Shown here: positions 12,362-25,697 of the stretch, in pieces | Layout of the letters: each line of letters starts with the position of its first letter | Numbering within the stretch: the stretch's first letter is position 1 | Assembly (NCBI RefSeq): GCF_001194135.2 | Contig: NC_068999.1 | Coordinates: 32,516,169-32,577,321, forward strand | DNA from: Octopus bimaculoides | Taxonomy: Eukaryota | DNA length: 61,153 bases | Direction: 5' to 3' | Notes under the pieces: model-generated | Seen by the model: only the letters and a program-made list of their open reading frames with translations | The model's database searches: none | Told to the model about the DNA's origin: nothing | Position numbers and translations under genes: made by a program

Positions 12362-14470
12362 TATCATCATCATCATCATCATTTAATGTCCGTTGTCCAT
12401 GGTTTTGACCGGGCTGGCACACTAGAAGGCTGCACCAGACTGATTTGGTATGGTTTTCTACGGCTGGATGCCCTTGCTAATGCCAACCACTCCGATAGTG
12501 TAATGGGTGATTTTACGTGCCTCTGGCACAGGTGCCATTTGAGTGGCACCAGAGTGCTTTTACATGCCAATTTGCATGACACTGGTATCTGCCATGACTG
12601 CAATTTTGCTCAGCTTGATGGGTCTTCTTCTCAAGCATGATATAATGCCAAAGGTCTTAGTCATTGCCTCCATGTGGCTCAATGCTCGAAAGGAACTCAG
12701 CCACTTTGCCTCTGTGAGGCCCAACGCTCGAAAGGTGCTCTTTACATTCCACCATCACAGGTCCTCTCAAGCACAGCACATTGCCAAAGGTCTTGGTCAC
12801 TATCATTTCTTCTGTGAGGCCCAAAGTTTGAAGATCATGCTTTACCACCTCATCCCATGTCTTCCTGGGTCTACTTGTATCGCAGCTTCCCTCCACAGTT
12901 AGAGATTGGCACTTCTTTAAACAGATGTCCTTGTCCATATGCATCACATGACCATACCGGCACAGTTTTCTCTGTTGCACACCACATCTGATGCCTCTTA
13001 TGCCTAACTTTTCTTTCAAAATGCTTACTCTCTGATATACATGCACACTGACATTGCACATCCAGTGAAGCATACTGGCTTCATTTCTTTCAAGCCTTCG
13101 CATGTCCTTAGCTGTCACAGTCTATGTTTCACTGCCATGCAGCATAGCTGTTCACACACAGGCATCAAACAACCTGCCTTTCACTCTGAGAGAGAGGCCC
13201 TTTGCTGCCAGCAGGGATAGGAGCTCTCTGAACTTTACCCAGCCTAATCTTATTCTCACAGCTATGCTCTCAGAGCATTCACCTCCACTACTAACTTAGT
13301 CACCTAGATAATGGAAGCTATCTACTAGCTCTAGCTTGCCCCCCACTGGCAGTTGATGGAGTCTATTTTCTGCATATTTTCGGTGTTTTCTGCACCTGTG
13401 CATCTTCTGCATACAAAAGCTAGTTTCCCTGTTAACCTTCCCTTGATATTGCTGCACCTTTTATGTGTCGAAAGCTTACACTGGATGCATCTTATGGAGT
13501 TTCTACCCATACCTTTTCTACAGATTGAGCAGAGCCATCTACCTGAATATGTTTGTGATTTGTCTGCCTTCCTACTTACTAAGACTTTAGTTTTTGCTAG
13601 GTTAACTCTAAGGACCTTTGAGTCTAGACCTTGCTTCCATACCTGGAACTTCTTCTCTAATTCAGGTAGTAATTCAGCTATAAGAGCAAGATTATCAACA
13701 TAGAGGAGTTCCCAAGGGCAGCCTATCTTGAATTTCTCTGTTATTGCCTGGAAGACTGATGAATAAGAGGGGGCTGAGCACTGATCCTTGGTGAACCTTT
13801 GCTTGTACCCTGAATCTTTGCCAACCCTCACCTTACTGGTAGCATCCCTGTACATAGCTTGTACAGCTTTCACCAGCCATTGTCTATCCCTAGTTTCTGC
13901 ATTGACCACCAGATAAAGGACTGGGGGACTCTGTCAAAAGCTTACTCCAAGTCAACAAAAGCCAAGTACAGAAGTTTATCTTTGGCTAGGTATTTCTCCT
14001 GCAGCTGCCTTACCAGAAATATAGCATCAGTGGTGCTTCTCCCTGGCACAGAACCAAACTGCATCTCATCTAAGCTAACTCTCTCTCTCTGTAACTTTCA
14101 TCACCTGATCCAACAATTTGATACCTCTGTAATTATTTCTATGTAAGGCATCACCTTTACCTTTGTAGCAGTTGTCTATGGTGCTGCTACACCAGTCATT
14201 GGGCAATGACTCCTTTGTGAACCACCTGAATTCACAATTCGGGTGACTAGACCATAATCCACACTACCAGATATTTTAAGCATCTCAGTGGTGATTTTTG
14301 ATGGGCTGAGGGCTTTTCCTGTCTTCATATCCTTAATTGCTTTATTTACCATGGAACTGTCAGTTCGGGTAGCTGGTCCCTTAATTGGGTCATCATTTGG
14401 CAGACTCTCCTCCTCCCACTCATTGTGTGTGTTTGTGTGCATTTATGGGGATGTATTTGTGCTTCCTTGA
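12362..14470 (-). mobile_element. 5'-truncated RTE-clade LINE: RT, PHD-type finger, C-terminus, 3'UTR and (ATG)n tail; decayed
   Basis: Minus-strand peptides KAIKDMKTGKA, GCPWELLYVDNLALIA, LRVNLAKTKVLVS, MRRLERNEASMLHWMCNV and RPRKTWDEVVKHDLQTLGL; (CAT)n at 12362-12383. Confidence 0.9.
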
Positions 14471-14738
14471 CATCATTTGATAGTTGTAAATGAGTGTCAC
14501 TGTCACATGTTTAGGATTTCCACATTAGTCATGGAAATGTACATTCAAGTGGAAAACCTACAACCACCCCATCTTTCGAGCTGTATGAGTTTTCTTGTAG
14601 GCTGTAGAAGGAACCTCAGTGGTGCAAGCCAAGAGAAACTTTTTATGAATGTTACTTAGCATAGTAAGAGGTTTTATTAACTGTAACAACACCTTGTCTC
14701 AGATTATGTCTATAGTTTTCATTATTGGAATGTTAGTT

Positions 14739-14940
14739 AAGGTAGCGAGCTGGCAGAATCATTAGCACACAGGGTGAAATGCTTTGCGGTATTTTGTCTG
14801 TATCCGCTGAAGTCAATCTTGCCTTCCAATCTTTTCAGGGTTGATAAATTAAGTACCAGTGAAACATTGGGGTTCATGTAATCAACTAATCCCTTCCCCA
14901 AAAATTTCTGGCCTTGAGCCTTTAGTAGAAAGGATTATTA
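14739..14940 (+). mobile_element. Family-B SINE (sense orientation)
   Basis: GGTAGCGAGCTGGCAGAATCATTAGCAC head; CTTGCCTTCCAATCTTTTCAGGGTTGATAAATTAAGTACCAG core. Confidence 0.8.
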
Positions 14941-17051
14941 GAGTGTTTGTTAAAGAAACTAATTCTATGACAAATACCCCAGCACTTTGGCCTCACAGTA
15001 ATGGTATTTCTATCGCATTCTATGTAATAGCAGTGGAGGACAGAATTAATAGGGTTTGATGAAATATTTTGTAGTATTTGGTTATGTTTCTTTAGGTTCA
15101 AATTTTGCACTGCTTGAGTTTCCAGTGTTCTGAGATTGATGAAATAAAAATAAGCACTAATCAAATACTAAGATCAATCTAATTGTCTATGTTTTAGATG
15201 TCAGTGCCCCAGTATGGTGAGTAAAATAATAATTATGTGTATTAGTGTGTGTGCGCGCGCCAGTGTATTTCTATCTGATGGATTGTGATGGACACTTAGT
15301 TTTTGTCTTGACAAAGTTCTCTGATGTAACAGAAGCCCAAAAGATATAAAAAGAAGTTTTAATTGATCTCTAATTAGATGACCTAATTAGTAGTAGTGAA
15401 AACTAGCCCCCCCCCCATCCTTTGAAGGACTGATTTTAGTATGGAGTCTCAAAGGTTTAAAAGGAGTTGAGAGAGTGTACTGAATGTGATAGGGGCAGGA
15501 TGATGGAATATACAATTGCCAAGATCAAAGGAGTAGAAGAGACTGTTGTGAGGCAAGATATGCAGCTTGGTGGCAGGTCATGGCTTGTAGTAGTAAAGAA
15601 TTGATATCTGGAGATGGTAGCAGTCTATTCCATATATGTTTTTAATCAATATTGCCATAGAAAAGTTGATGTGAGATTGATTATGATGATGATGATATAT
15701 TTAGATTTTTAAGAACCCCAGTTTTCAACTAAATGAATTGATTGATTTCAGTTCTAGTTGGTAAAATATTAGTATTGATTGCTATTCTGATTCCATCGCA
15801 ATATTCTCTGATAAAATAGGATGCTTCAGTAAATTATTGAATTTTAAATTGCTGTTATGAAAATTTGATGTTAGCGCCATTTATTAATGGAGAAAATATT
15901 TGATTTTCATCTTGATTAATCTTCTCCCTAATTTCAGTATGAAAGTCATTCTTTGTCAATGAATGAAAGATACTGCTTCACAGTGATATTGTTCTACTTT
16001 CTCCAATTTATGCTAAAACTTATTGGAGCAAACATAGCCACCAACTGAACTGCTCTAAAAAAATTTAAAAAAAAAAAACCAAGTGGAAATAACAGAACTC
16101 ACTCCATTACTTGGCAGGTGGTAGTGTATACAAATCAGTTGGTAGAACTGAGATTATAAACACAGTATATGAAAATATGCACTTTCTGTAGTCACCATAG
16201 CTACCAATCTACATTAGTTGATGGACTTGTTAATAACGGTTAATGAAAGGAGCTGATATAATACCCTTGGTGGATATGCTGAAGTTACATACAATGTCTT
16301 TAGGATCTCTCAAATTTCAGAAAATGTCTTCCCTTTTCTCCCCTAAGTGTCCCTTCGATACTCTCTACTCCTATAATTATTATATATCTGGCATATAAGG
16401 TTAGTGTGAGTTGCTAGTTGTTAGAGTAATGCCTTGAAGTATTTATTCTGGTTCTCTGTTTTGAGTTCAAATCCTTGTTGGGATCCTTTTACCTTTCATC
16501 TTTTGGAGGTGTGTGTGGTGGTGGTGGGAGGGTCACTAAAGGAAGTACTGATCTAGGGTGGTGAACTGATAGTATTGATAGTGTCAGATGGGTCGTTGGG
16601 CTCAAATGTTGTCATGGCCTACTGGGGTGGCAGACTTAATCTATCATTTGATTTTAACACCACCATCTGACTCCTGGATGTCTTTAGCAGATTCCATTTT
16701 GATGCAAGCATTCAGGCTAAATCTCTGGTTGGATGATACTGCCTTGCCTCCTTCTCACCAGTGTTAGACACCTTGAAAAAATTCCATGGGCACCATGAAT
16801 TTCCCTCCTGTCCGAGGTGTGTATAATGCAGACACTGGAGTTCTTCAGTAAATTATTGCCAGTATTTACTCACTGATCTTGGGGTCTCAGTATAAAAAGG
16901 TTTAGGGTAAGAGAGGAGAGTCTAAGAGATTTCACCCTTCATTGTTTCAAGGTCACTAATATATTGAGACTAATTCAACTGAGTCAAAGACTCTCCCCTT
17001 ACTAAACAAACTTGGTATTTTTTTGTGATCTAACAAAAGAAATCTCTTTAA

Positions 17052-18148
17052 CCCTCTAGTGTTCAAACCAGCCAAAACCGGCCAAAAATAATTCCCCTTT
17101 ATTTTTTTAGTGGTTTCATGCAGGAATCAGATATGGCCGGATTTGGCTGGTGCAAACAAGTAAACAACTCATGTGATTGAATTCTCGTAGCTTTGAGATA
17201 ATGCAAGATAAAGCCTTTCAAGTGAAAATACCATGAAATTTTTGAGTTTTTTTTGGTTTTATCAATGTTTGAAGAGAAGTGTACATCTTAGTTTTTAATG
17301 ATATGGCGTCAGCAAGTAGCGACCAACTTTGAAGGTTTTACTCTTGATGGTGTACAAAATATAAACAAAAACAACAGTGATTTGTCTTTGGATGAATCTG
17401 ATATTGATATTTATGAATCTTCGTCAGACGAGGAAAATTTTGATAATGAAAGTGATGAAAATGATATTGAAAACATTACGGCAACATGGCTGAAGGTTAC
17501 TACATTAACCACACATAATTCCTGATTTCACAGAAAAGACTACTCCACAACACAGTCTACTTCCTGATGCTCAGCCATTGGACTATTTATTTTTACTTTT
17601 ACTGAAAAATTTTTTCAAACTGTTGCCGAGGAAACAAATAAGTATGCTCAACACATAATTTATTCATGGAAGACCCGATCCACTATGACAACCAACTGAT
17701 TCTGCGGAGATGCAGGTTTTTTTTTACTATAAACATTATGTTTGGTATCAAACAGCTTTCTCAACTGTGGAACTACTGGTGTCCTGATATAAGGTATGGT
17801 GATCCATACATCTCCAGCATCATGTCTAACTTTAGTTAATTCATATATTGCTTATATAAAAAGCCACAAGGTACCTCCGCCACCAAAGAACTACGACCAT
17901 TTGAAATTTCAGGTTGACATCACATCTCAGTTATGTGAAGGCTTTTCTTCTAGAAAGCACAGAACTGTGAGAAAAGTAAAATTAACTGAGGTGAATGTCA
18001 ACAGAAAATATTGACTTCCATATAGTGGAAAAAATAAATGGAAGGAAAATAGTTTGCAGACTATATTCACTGCAAAAAAGAAAAACTACAAAGAGATATC
18101 AGGTCGAGACTTCATTACATCTGACAGATTAATCTGAACACTAAAGGG
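17052..18148 (+). mobile_element. Internally deleted piggyBac element (PGBD4-like transposase remnants)
   Basis: TTAA at 17048-17051 and 18149-18152; TIRs CCCTCTAGTGTTCAAA / TCTGAACACTAAAGGG. Acidic N-terminal peptide (SDLSLDESDIDIYESSSDEE), PLDYLFLLFTEKFFQTVAEETNKYA, and LVNSYIAY...HLKFQVDITSQL. Confidence 0.85.
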
Positions 18149-20132
18149 TTAAATGTGCTCTGACCTTTTCCCTATTAAATGGCTTAGGTGGATAATTTCA
18201 TTATATTAGTGATACTATGAAAGGAAAATTAAACCATATTAATTAAGAGTTTTTCTACTGAGAAAATATGTTTAATTGATGTAAAGTGTGGTGGATATGT
18301 GTGTATGTTGCTGTGTGTGTGTGTGTGTGTGTGTGTGTGAGTGTGTGTTTGTGTGTGTGTGCGTGCACATAGAATGCATGATTGTATGTGATACTTAATT
18401 TTTCAATTTTACACCTGTTTCACCAAAAAGGCAACAACTCAGCATTCATGCATGTGTATATATGTTTCTAAAACAGCAACACCCACACACGCACACAATA
18501 CTGATGCCATACTGTAATGCACCCTGTACATACTATAAAGTGGTTAACAAATGAATGGAGACTGTTGCATCAAGAGGTTTCTTTGGTCACATCAAGAACA
18601 TGTCAACCTTCTAGTACTGGTGCTAGGATAAAGTGCACCTGATACACTCTGTAAAATGGTTGACATTGAAATCCTTCTGAAAATGTTCCCCCAACTGAGT
18701 GAGGGTGTAGTAGAGAGTGAGGTTGCTTTATGCTAATTATTGAGAAGCTAGATGGGAATTCTTGCTGTAGAGGAGGTACATACTATCATACATTATGTCG
18801 GGATCAGTGGGAGTATGAGAAAGAGATAAAGATAATGCTGATGAGGTGCAAGGGCATATTCTCAAGATCTAAGAAGGTCAGTAGAGGAGAGAATAGGAAC
18901 AGGGCATCAGTAACAATGGATAGTTAAGTTCACAGGAGTGTGAGTGGTGAGTTATAGGCAGTTAGTTGGGAGCAGAAGTGAGTATAGGGAATGGTGAACA
19001 AAGATGGAGGTATGGTTGGTGGTAAATAGGAGTTTAGAAGGAGGTGGGGAGATGAAAGAAATAAAAGAGGTTCAGGAAAGTTATAGTGACAGTACAAAAG
19101 TGGAGAGCAGCCATATAATAAAACTGTAGATAGATGGAATAAGATGATCTGTAGGGTGGTGGGTGATAGAGGAGTGTAGAGTAATAGAGAAAGAGTGAAT
19201 TATGTGGACAGTGATGGAGGTCAGAAGTATGTAAGGGTAAATATAGTGTGTAAAGGACAGAAGCGGGGGAGGAGGAAAATTGGTAGCAAATAAGAGAAGT
19301 TGTTAAAAATGAGCTATGGCAGTCATGAAATGTAACTCAGTGGAAAATAAAAAGTAGGGAGAGATAATATTGAGAATGAAGAATGGATGTCAAAAGGAAA
19401 TGGTCTTAGGGAGGAGGATAACTGGTAATATTTATGAACAGGTAAAAATGTGACATTTCTGTTTTCAGTACCATATGAGTAAAATACACAAGATATGTGG
19501 CTATTGTTAATCATATTCTAGGACTCAGTTTTTTTTTTTTTTTTATATCGTAATCATTTAACATCCATTGTTCATGCTTGCATGAGTTGGACAGTTTGAC
19601 AGGGCTGGCACACTGGAAGGCTGCACCGGGCTCCTGTCTTTCTTGTATACTTATTTTAGGCTTATTGCCTTTAAGAGAACTGTCCTTCATTCTAGTTCAT
19701 ACTTTCTCCTGTATGCCACTAACTACAAGCAAATATGAAAATGTATTCTAATCAAAATAAGTGAAACTGGGTTTAATGAACGCAGTACCTGACAAGACAC
19801 ATCTGCACCGAATGATGCACCACAACTATTTGTACAGAATCTCCCCCAACCTATGAGGAACTGATGCATGATGGGTCAGTTAAAGCATCTTGTAAATTCC
19901 ATTTTCTTTCTCTTTCTATCATATCCTATATGTGTGTGTGTGTGTGTGTGTGTGGCAAATTAAGCAGAAACAGTGCCAAGTTTGAGAGACTCTTTAAGTC
20001 TTGTAAGGTCGAGACAACCTCTATATTGCTAGAACCATTGTTTACAAACCATTACATGAGAGAAAAATACAAACTCACTCACTCAAACACATGTACGCAT
20101 GTATGTGTATGCACGCGCGAGCACACACACAA

Positions 20133-20353
20133 TCCTTTAGCATTCAGATTACTCTGTCCAATGTACTGCTTATTTTTCACTGTTTTGAATTACTCATGCA
20201 TTATCTCATAGCTTTGAGATTTTATCAGTGTAATTGATTGCTTATTTTTATAATGATATTGTTGGGTAAGTATGAAAAGTTGGGTTTGGCCAGTTTGAAT
20301 ATAAAACAGGAAGAATATTTGAGCTAGATATTTCCTGTTTAAATGCTAAAGGG
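20133..20353. mobile_element. piggyBac-type MITE
   Basis: CCTTTAGCATTCAGATTACTCTG ... AAATGCTAAAGGG followed by TTAA (20354-20357). Confidence 0.8.
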
Positions 20354-21692
20354 TTAAAGTGAATAGAACTGTTGGTGTTTAATGCAGTTCACTGCTTTGT
20401 AGGATTCTGTCAAACTGTCCAACCCATGACAGCATGGAAGAGAGATGTTAAAATGACAATACTGATACACATATAATGTGTATAGACATGTTTGGGTATA
20501 TATGTGTGTGTAATCATGTGTATGTAGATATGTGTGTGTGTGTGGATATACATGCATGTATGTATGTATGTATGTTTAAATGTATATATGTGTGTATACA
20601 GTACATGTATGTGTGTGTGTGTGTTTATGTTTATTTTCAGTCAGCAAGGCAACTTGCAGTTAGCAGCACTATGTACCTTGAAAAAGGACAAAATGATGGC
20701 AGTAGTAAAATCTGAAATTATGACCAGATGATCAATATATTACCCACATTGACCACCATTAGTGATTCTGTTTCTAATAGTTGTGGACATGTAATTGCTG
20801 GAATATATTGTTACCATAGTGTCATTTCAAAGCTTTTTGCTTAGCTAAATACTGACATGGTCACTTTAGATAATTGTTAACAGAATGAATGTCCTAGGTA
20901 ATAAGGCTACTTAGTTAAGTACTTCAAAAGAACCATTTACTATAGATAAATGTTACATGAATGGACCAGTTCTTGATAATAAGGTTGATTAGCTAGGCAC
21001 TTTTATAGTATACCTAGTTACTATAGATAAGTGTTAGTTGTATGAACCATGTCTAGATAAACATTTAGATGCTAGTATGTTACCATATTATGGAATGGGT
21101 AATGTTAACTGTTGAATATGTCATTGTGGCTATAGTATTGATGTTGGTGGTTGTAAATGAAGTTAATTTACCTTTCCTATATCTCCAACTACCTCACTAA
21201 CCAGAAACTTAAGTACAAGATTATGGTTTTCCTCATTATAAAGTTAGAAATTCTCACAAATATTATACTCTCTTTATTTTACATTGATAGATATGTGTGT
21301 GTGATATAATTGAGTCTTATCTCACATAGTTATTTGTGTGTGCATGATATAATAGATCCTTTATCGTCTTCCTTCACCCTCTTCTTACTTCATCTCTTAT
21401 CTTTGAGTTGTTCCTTTGATGTGGTCTATATCTATGCTGTCTGAACTCTGATTTGCTAATTAATGTGCTGTATATCAGTACTATCTGCATTCTGATTGGA
21501 TAATTGATATGCTCTATATCTGTATCATCTGAACTCTAATTGGATAATGTACCCACTTCTACTCCTCCTGTCTCTTCTATATAGTGAATTGAGCTGAGTC
21601 ATGGATGAGTCAGGCAAATACAGAGGAAAACTAAATTATATACAAACAGTGAAAACACTTCAGATCATATCACACGTGTGTGTGTGTGCGCA

Positions 21693-21760
<68 letters not shown>

Positions 21761-22392
21761 TGTTATGGCATGTGGCATTATTGCTGCATCATAACTGCTC
21801 CTGTGCACAACAAATGATGCAACACTAGATCATAACTATTGCACATCACAACTGTAGTTTCAGTCCACAACTGCCGATGCATATAACAACTTCTGCACAT
21901 CAAGCCAAAAGGCTTGATGTGTAACAGTTATAGGCTACTGCAGGTGCATGACCTAGTGATTATGGTGTTACACGCATGAATGCAAAATTATCATTTTGAA
22001 GGAGCATCTGCTGAACTAGACTATAATTGTTGCACAACACAACTGCAGCTGCATACCATGAGTTTTGGTGCACATGGCAATTTTTCTGAACTAGACTATA
22101 ATTGTTGCACACATTGGCAAGTGCACACTAAATTGCTGCTGCTGTAGACTATAACTGTTGCACACCTGACTGCTATTGCACCTTAATTAATGCTGTACCA
22201 CTACTGTTTCTGCATCACAGTTACTACTAACCTAGACAGGCCTGCTATAAACCAAAACGCCAGCATGAAACCAGCTGTGTCACATCTGCAGCATTAGACA
22301 AACTATATTATAACTTCTTGTTTACCTATGCACCTGTTATAATGCAATATTCTGCACTACAACCACTGTAGGGAACTGATTCAGGACCCTCG

Positions 22393-22640
22393 AAGGTGCA
22401 TGGCCTAGTGGTTACAGTGTTGCACTCAAGATTGCAAGGTTATTGTCATGAGTTTGATGTCCATGCTTCATGCTGGTATAGGTTGGATGGTTTGATAAGA
22501 TCCAATATGTCCAAGAACTGCATCAAGCTCCAATGTCTAGTGCCAACCAGAGTGTAGTGGGTACACTTTTCATGCCACATGCACTAATGAGGTTGCCATG
22601 CAGTACACAGGACTATGAGCCCTGGGGTCAGTTTTATGTT
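22393..22640 (+). mobile_element. Family-C SINE, decayed
   Basis: GGTGCATGGCCTAGTGGTTACAGTGTTGCACTCAAGATTGCAAG head shared with 49342 and 50888. Confidence 0.6.
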
Positions 22641-23129
22641 ATGAGAGGTGAGAGAGAGCAAGTTCCTGCAGAGAGATCTGCATGGCTACTCACATCTAGT
22701 AGGAGAAAAGCAAGAGAAACAGAGAATGATTGGTAGGAGATGCATGGTATAAATGCAATAAGATGCCAGGTGGTCCTACAAGGCACCCACTGTGTAGAAG
22801 TGGGTGAGTTGGTTGTTTTGCAAGATTGTATGGGAAAGGGAATGAGGGATAGGAAGGCAGACTGATAAAATGGGTAGATTTTAAAGAGTGGCAGAAACAA
22901 AATATTGAGTTGAGGAAGATAGAGGGATGCAGAAGAGTGATGGGGAGAACAAAAGAAATATGATATGATTGGGTAGTTTGTGAAACCAGGACAGAGGGGT
23001 AAGTAGCAGGCGGTGGAGAGAGTCACTGTAATGCATGGAGAGCCCAAAACATAACACTTCCAGAACTCAGTTTCGTTGAGGTGGGCAAACCTTTTTGAGA
23101 ACCTTATATTGCCAGAGATCCTAATCCTT

Positions 23130-23870
23130 CTTTATCTTATTCTTCAGACTTGGGTCTTGAGGTCAGCTTTCACCACTTCCTGTATTTTCTTGGGTCTTCT
23201 TCTTCTGCAGGTTCCAGCCACATTAAACAAATGTCACTTCTTTATACAGCTATTTCATTCTTACACACCTCATGTCCATACCAGTGCAATCTTCTTTCTT
23301 GAACCCAACATGATTCCTCTTATACCTGGTTTTTGACTTATCACCTTTGTACTAATTCTTTCAAGCACATTCACATTTGCACATCCAACAATGCATACAA
23401 ATTTCATTTATTTCAAGTCCTCCCAAGTTCTCTGCATTCAAAGCTCATGTCTCACTATTATGCAGCATTGCAGTCCTAACACAAGTACCATACAGTTTAA
23501 CCTTCACTCTCAAAGAGAAGATCTTTGATGTCAACTGTGGTAACTTTCTCCAACCAATTCTTACTCTAGTAACTGTACTTTCAGAGCAACCACCTCCCTT
23601 ACTAATTACATCTCTTACATAACAAAAGCTATTGACTTCTTCTGAGTCATCTGAGCACTTAAGAGACTCAATTTCAGGTGTACTTGTACATGCTGCTCTA
23701 GTGCACCTACTGCATATGAAGCTTATGGTCTTGTATGGTCTGCCAGTGATTCCACTACATCTCTTTTGTGTCTGTAGCTTACAAGTACAGTGTATGGAAT
23801 TTATACCACCCACTTTTTTACTTATTGAGCAAGGCCACTTCACTCAAAGTACTAGTGTCTTCTTGGTTTC
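23130..23870 (-). mobile_element. RTE LINE fragment (degenerate PHD finger plus C-terminal region)
   Basis: KWPCSISKKVGGINSIHC...CSRC, VNSFCYVRDVISKGGGCSES, RVKVKLYGTCVRTAMLHNSET and GTCRRRRPKKIQEVVKADL; homologous to 12362-14470. Confidence 0.85.
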
Positions 23871-24094
23871 AATAATGAGGCTGGTGGTGTGTTGTGTTCT
23901 TGAGCAAAATACTTCATGTTATTCTAGCCCACTCAACTATAAATGAGTAACTCTGCAACAGACTGGTATTCCATTCAGGGGGAATGCTGGCCTGACTGCC
24001 TAGTCGGCAGTGTGATATCATTTGAAATTACAACAATGCAAGGAAGCGCATGTGATATCATCATTCAGTGGTCTGGTTGATACATTGATATATC

Positions 24095-24127
<33 letters not shown>

Positions 24128-24467
24128 NNNNNNNNNNNNNNNNNNNNNNNNNNNNNNNNNNNNNNNNNNNNNNNNNNNNNNNNNNNNNNNNNNNNNNNNN
24201 NNNNNNNNNNNNNNNNNNNNNNNNNNNNNNNNNNNNNNNNNNNNNNNNNNNNNNNNNNNNNNNNNNNNNNNNNNNNNNNNNNNNNNNNNNNNNNNNNNNN
24301 NNNNNNNNNNNNNNNNNNNNNNNNNNNNNNNNNNNNNNNNNNNNNNNNNNNNNNNNNNNNNNNNNNNNNNNNNNNNNNNNNNNNNNNNNNNNNNNNNNNN
24401 NNNNNNNNNNNNNNNNNNNNNNNNNNNNNNNNNNNNNNNNNNNNNNNNNNNNNNNNNNNNNNNNNNN
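24128..24467. other. Assembly gap (other gaps: 10350-10359, 49859-50550, 51353-52130, 52903-53358, 57044-57053)
   Basis: Runs of N, most bordered by (TA)n or (CA)n microsatellites. Confidence 1.
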
Positions 24468-24780
24468 GCATGATTGCTGTCTGACCAGCTCCTGTGCCGG
24501 TGGCACATAAAAAGCACCATGTCAGCATGGTCACTGCCAGTGTCGCCTGACTGGCTCCTGGGCCAGTGGCATGTAAAAAGCATCATTCAAGCATGGTCAA
24601 AGCTAGTACTGCCTGACTGGCCCTCGTGCCACCGACACGTAAAAAGCACCCACTACGCTCTCGGAGTGGTTGGCATTAGGAAGGGCATCCAGCCGTAGAA
24701 ATTTTGCTTGAATGGATTGTAGCCTGGTGAAGCCTTCTGGCTTGCTAGCCCTCAGTCAAACCGTCCAACCCACGACAATA
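24468..24780 (+). mobile_element. RTE-type 3'UTR with tandem ~66-nt units (5' part lost in gap)
   Basis: AAAAAGCA(C/T)C anchors at 24509, 24575 and 24641, then GGTTGGCATTAGGAAGGGCATCCAGCCGTAGAAA and CAAACCGTCCAACCC. Confidence 0.75.
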
Positions 24781-25615
24781 ATAATGATGATATATGATAT
24801 ATATATATCAGTATTAAGATAGGAGAAAGAGTACTTGAAACATTTAATAGAGAGTAATATAATTATTCAAAGTCGAGGTTTTATTCTAGTTGTACTTCCA
24901 TGTTTTACACGTTTATGTTTGTTCATTCATGTGATTGAGAAGTATCTAGTTGTTGGCTGAATGAAAGAAGAAAAACTCAGAGAATCAAAAAAGTGGTGGA
25001 GTGATGTATCAGCTTTGCTTATTACACTCACTCACAAAACATAACACAATACAAAAACACCCCCTCCCCACAAATCAATAGATATTAAGCAAAAACATCA
25101 TTTTGTCTGACATATCCTGTTACCAAAAACATATTGCTCATTGCAGTATACAATGAAGACGATAATAATAATAAAAATAACAATAATTATATTTATATAT
25201 CTTATGTATGGTACACAGTGTTATATTGAAGTTTAGCATGCAAAGAGTGCTGCACCCATGAATCAAGTGAGGTTGATATTAAGATAAATATATGTATCAG
25301 TCTCAATATCTTACTCAGGCCCAAGTTTTGGCAAGGAGTTATCTGCCTTGGAACAGAGGTCATAAGGAATAGGTTCAATTCATTTTGTAAATTACAGGCT
25401 TTTATTTGATAAAATATTAATTTATGAAAATGATTTCTGCTCCATTTATGTCATGTGTTGCAAGACACTGCCCAAATCATCTGATGTGGGATAGTTGCCA
25501 AGTTATGAGAAGATATTCTGTTACAGTGTATATTTATTTGAATGAATTTTGGTTGTTTATTTGCAATTGTATCGTTTATGCAATGCGATAACTATCAGTT
25601 TGTCTGTCTGTCTAA

Positions 25616-25675
<60 letters not shown>

Positions 25676-25697
25676 AGTAGTGCATACATAACAGAGT

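Noticed and set aside
22011-22164. CRISPR-like repeat-spacer appearance (also 36901-37067, 60901-60958)
   Set aside because: Eukaryotic intron context, only 2-4 degenerate copies, irregular spacing and no cas genes.
23055-23105. Minus-strand ...AGGTTTGCCCACCT-CAAC-GAAACTGAGTT resembling an HHR 3' half
   Set aside because: The core position reads CTCAAAA rather than CTGANGA and no stem I can be drawn. At most a very decayed relic.
24018-24586. Long ORFs in the supplied track spanning X runs (also 49756-50608, 51125-52321, 52896-53378)
   Set aside because: Artefacts of translating N gaps and adjacent microsatellites.
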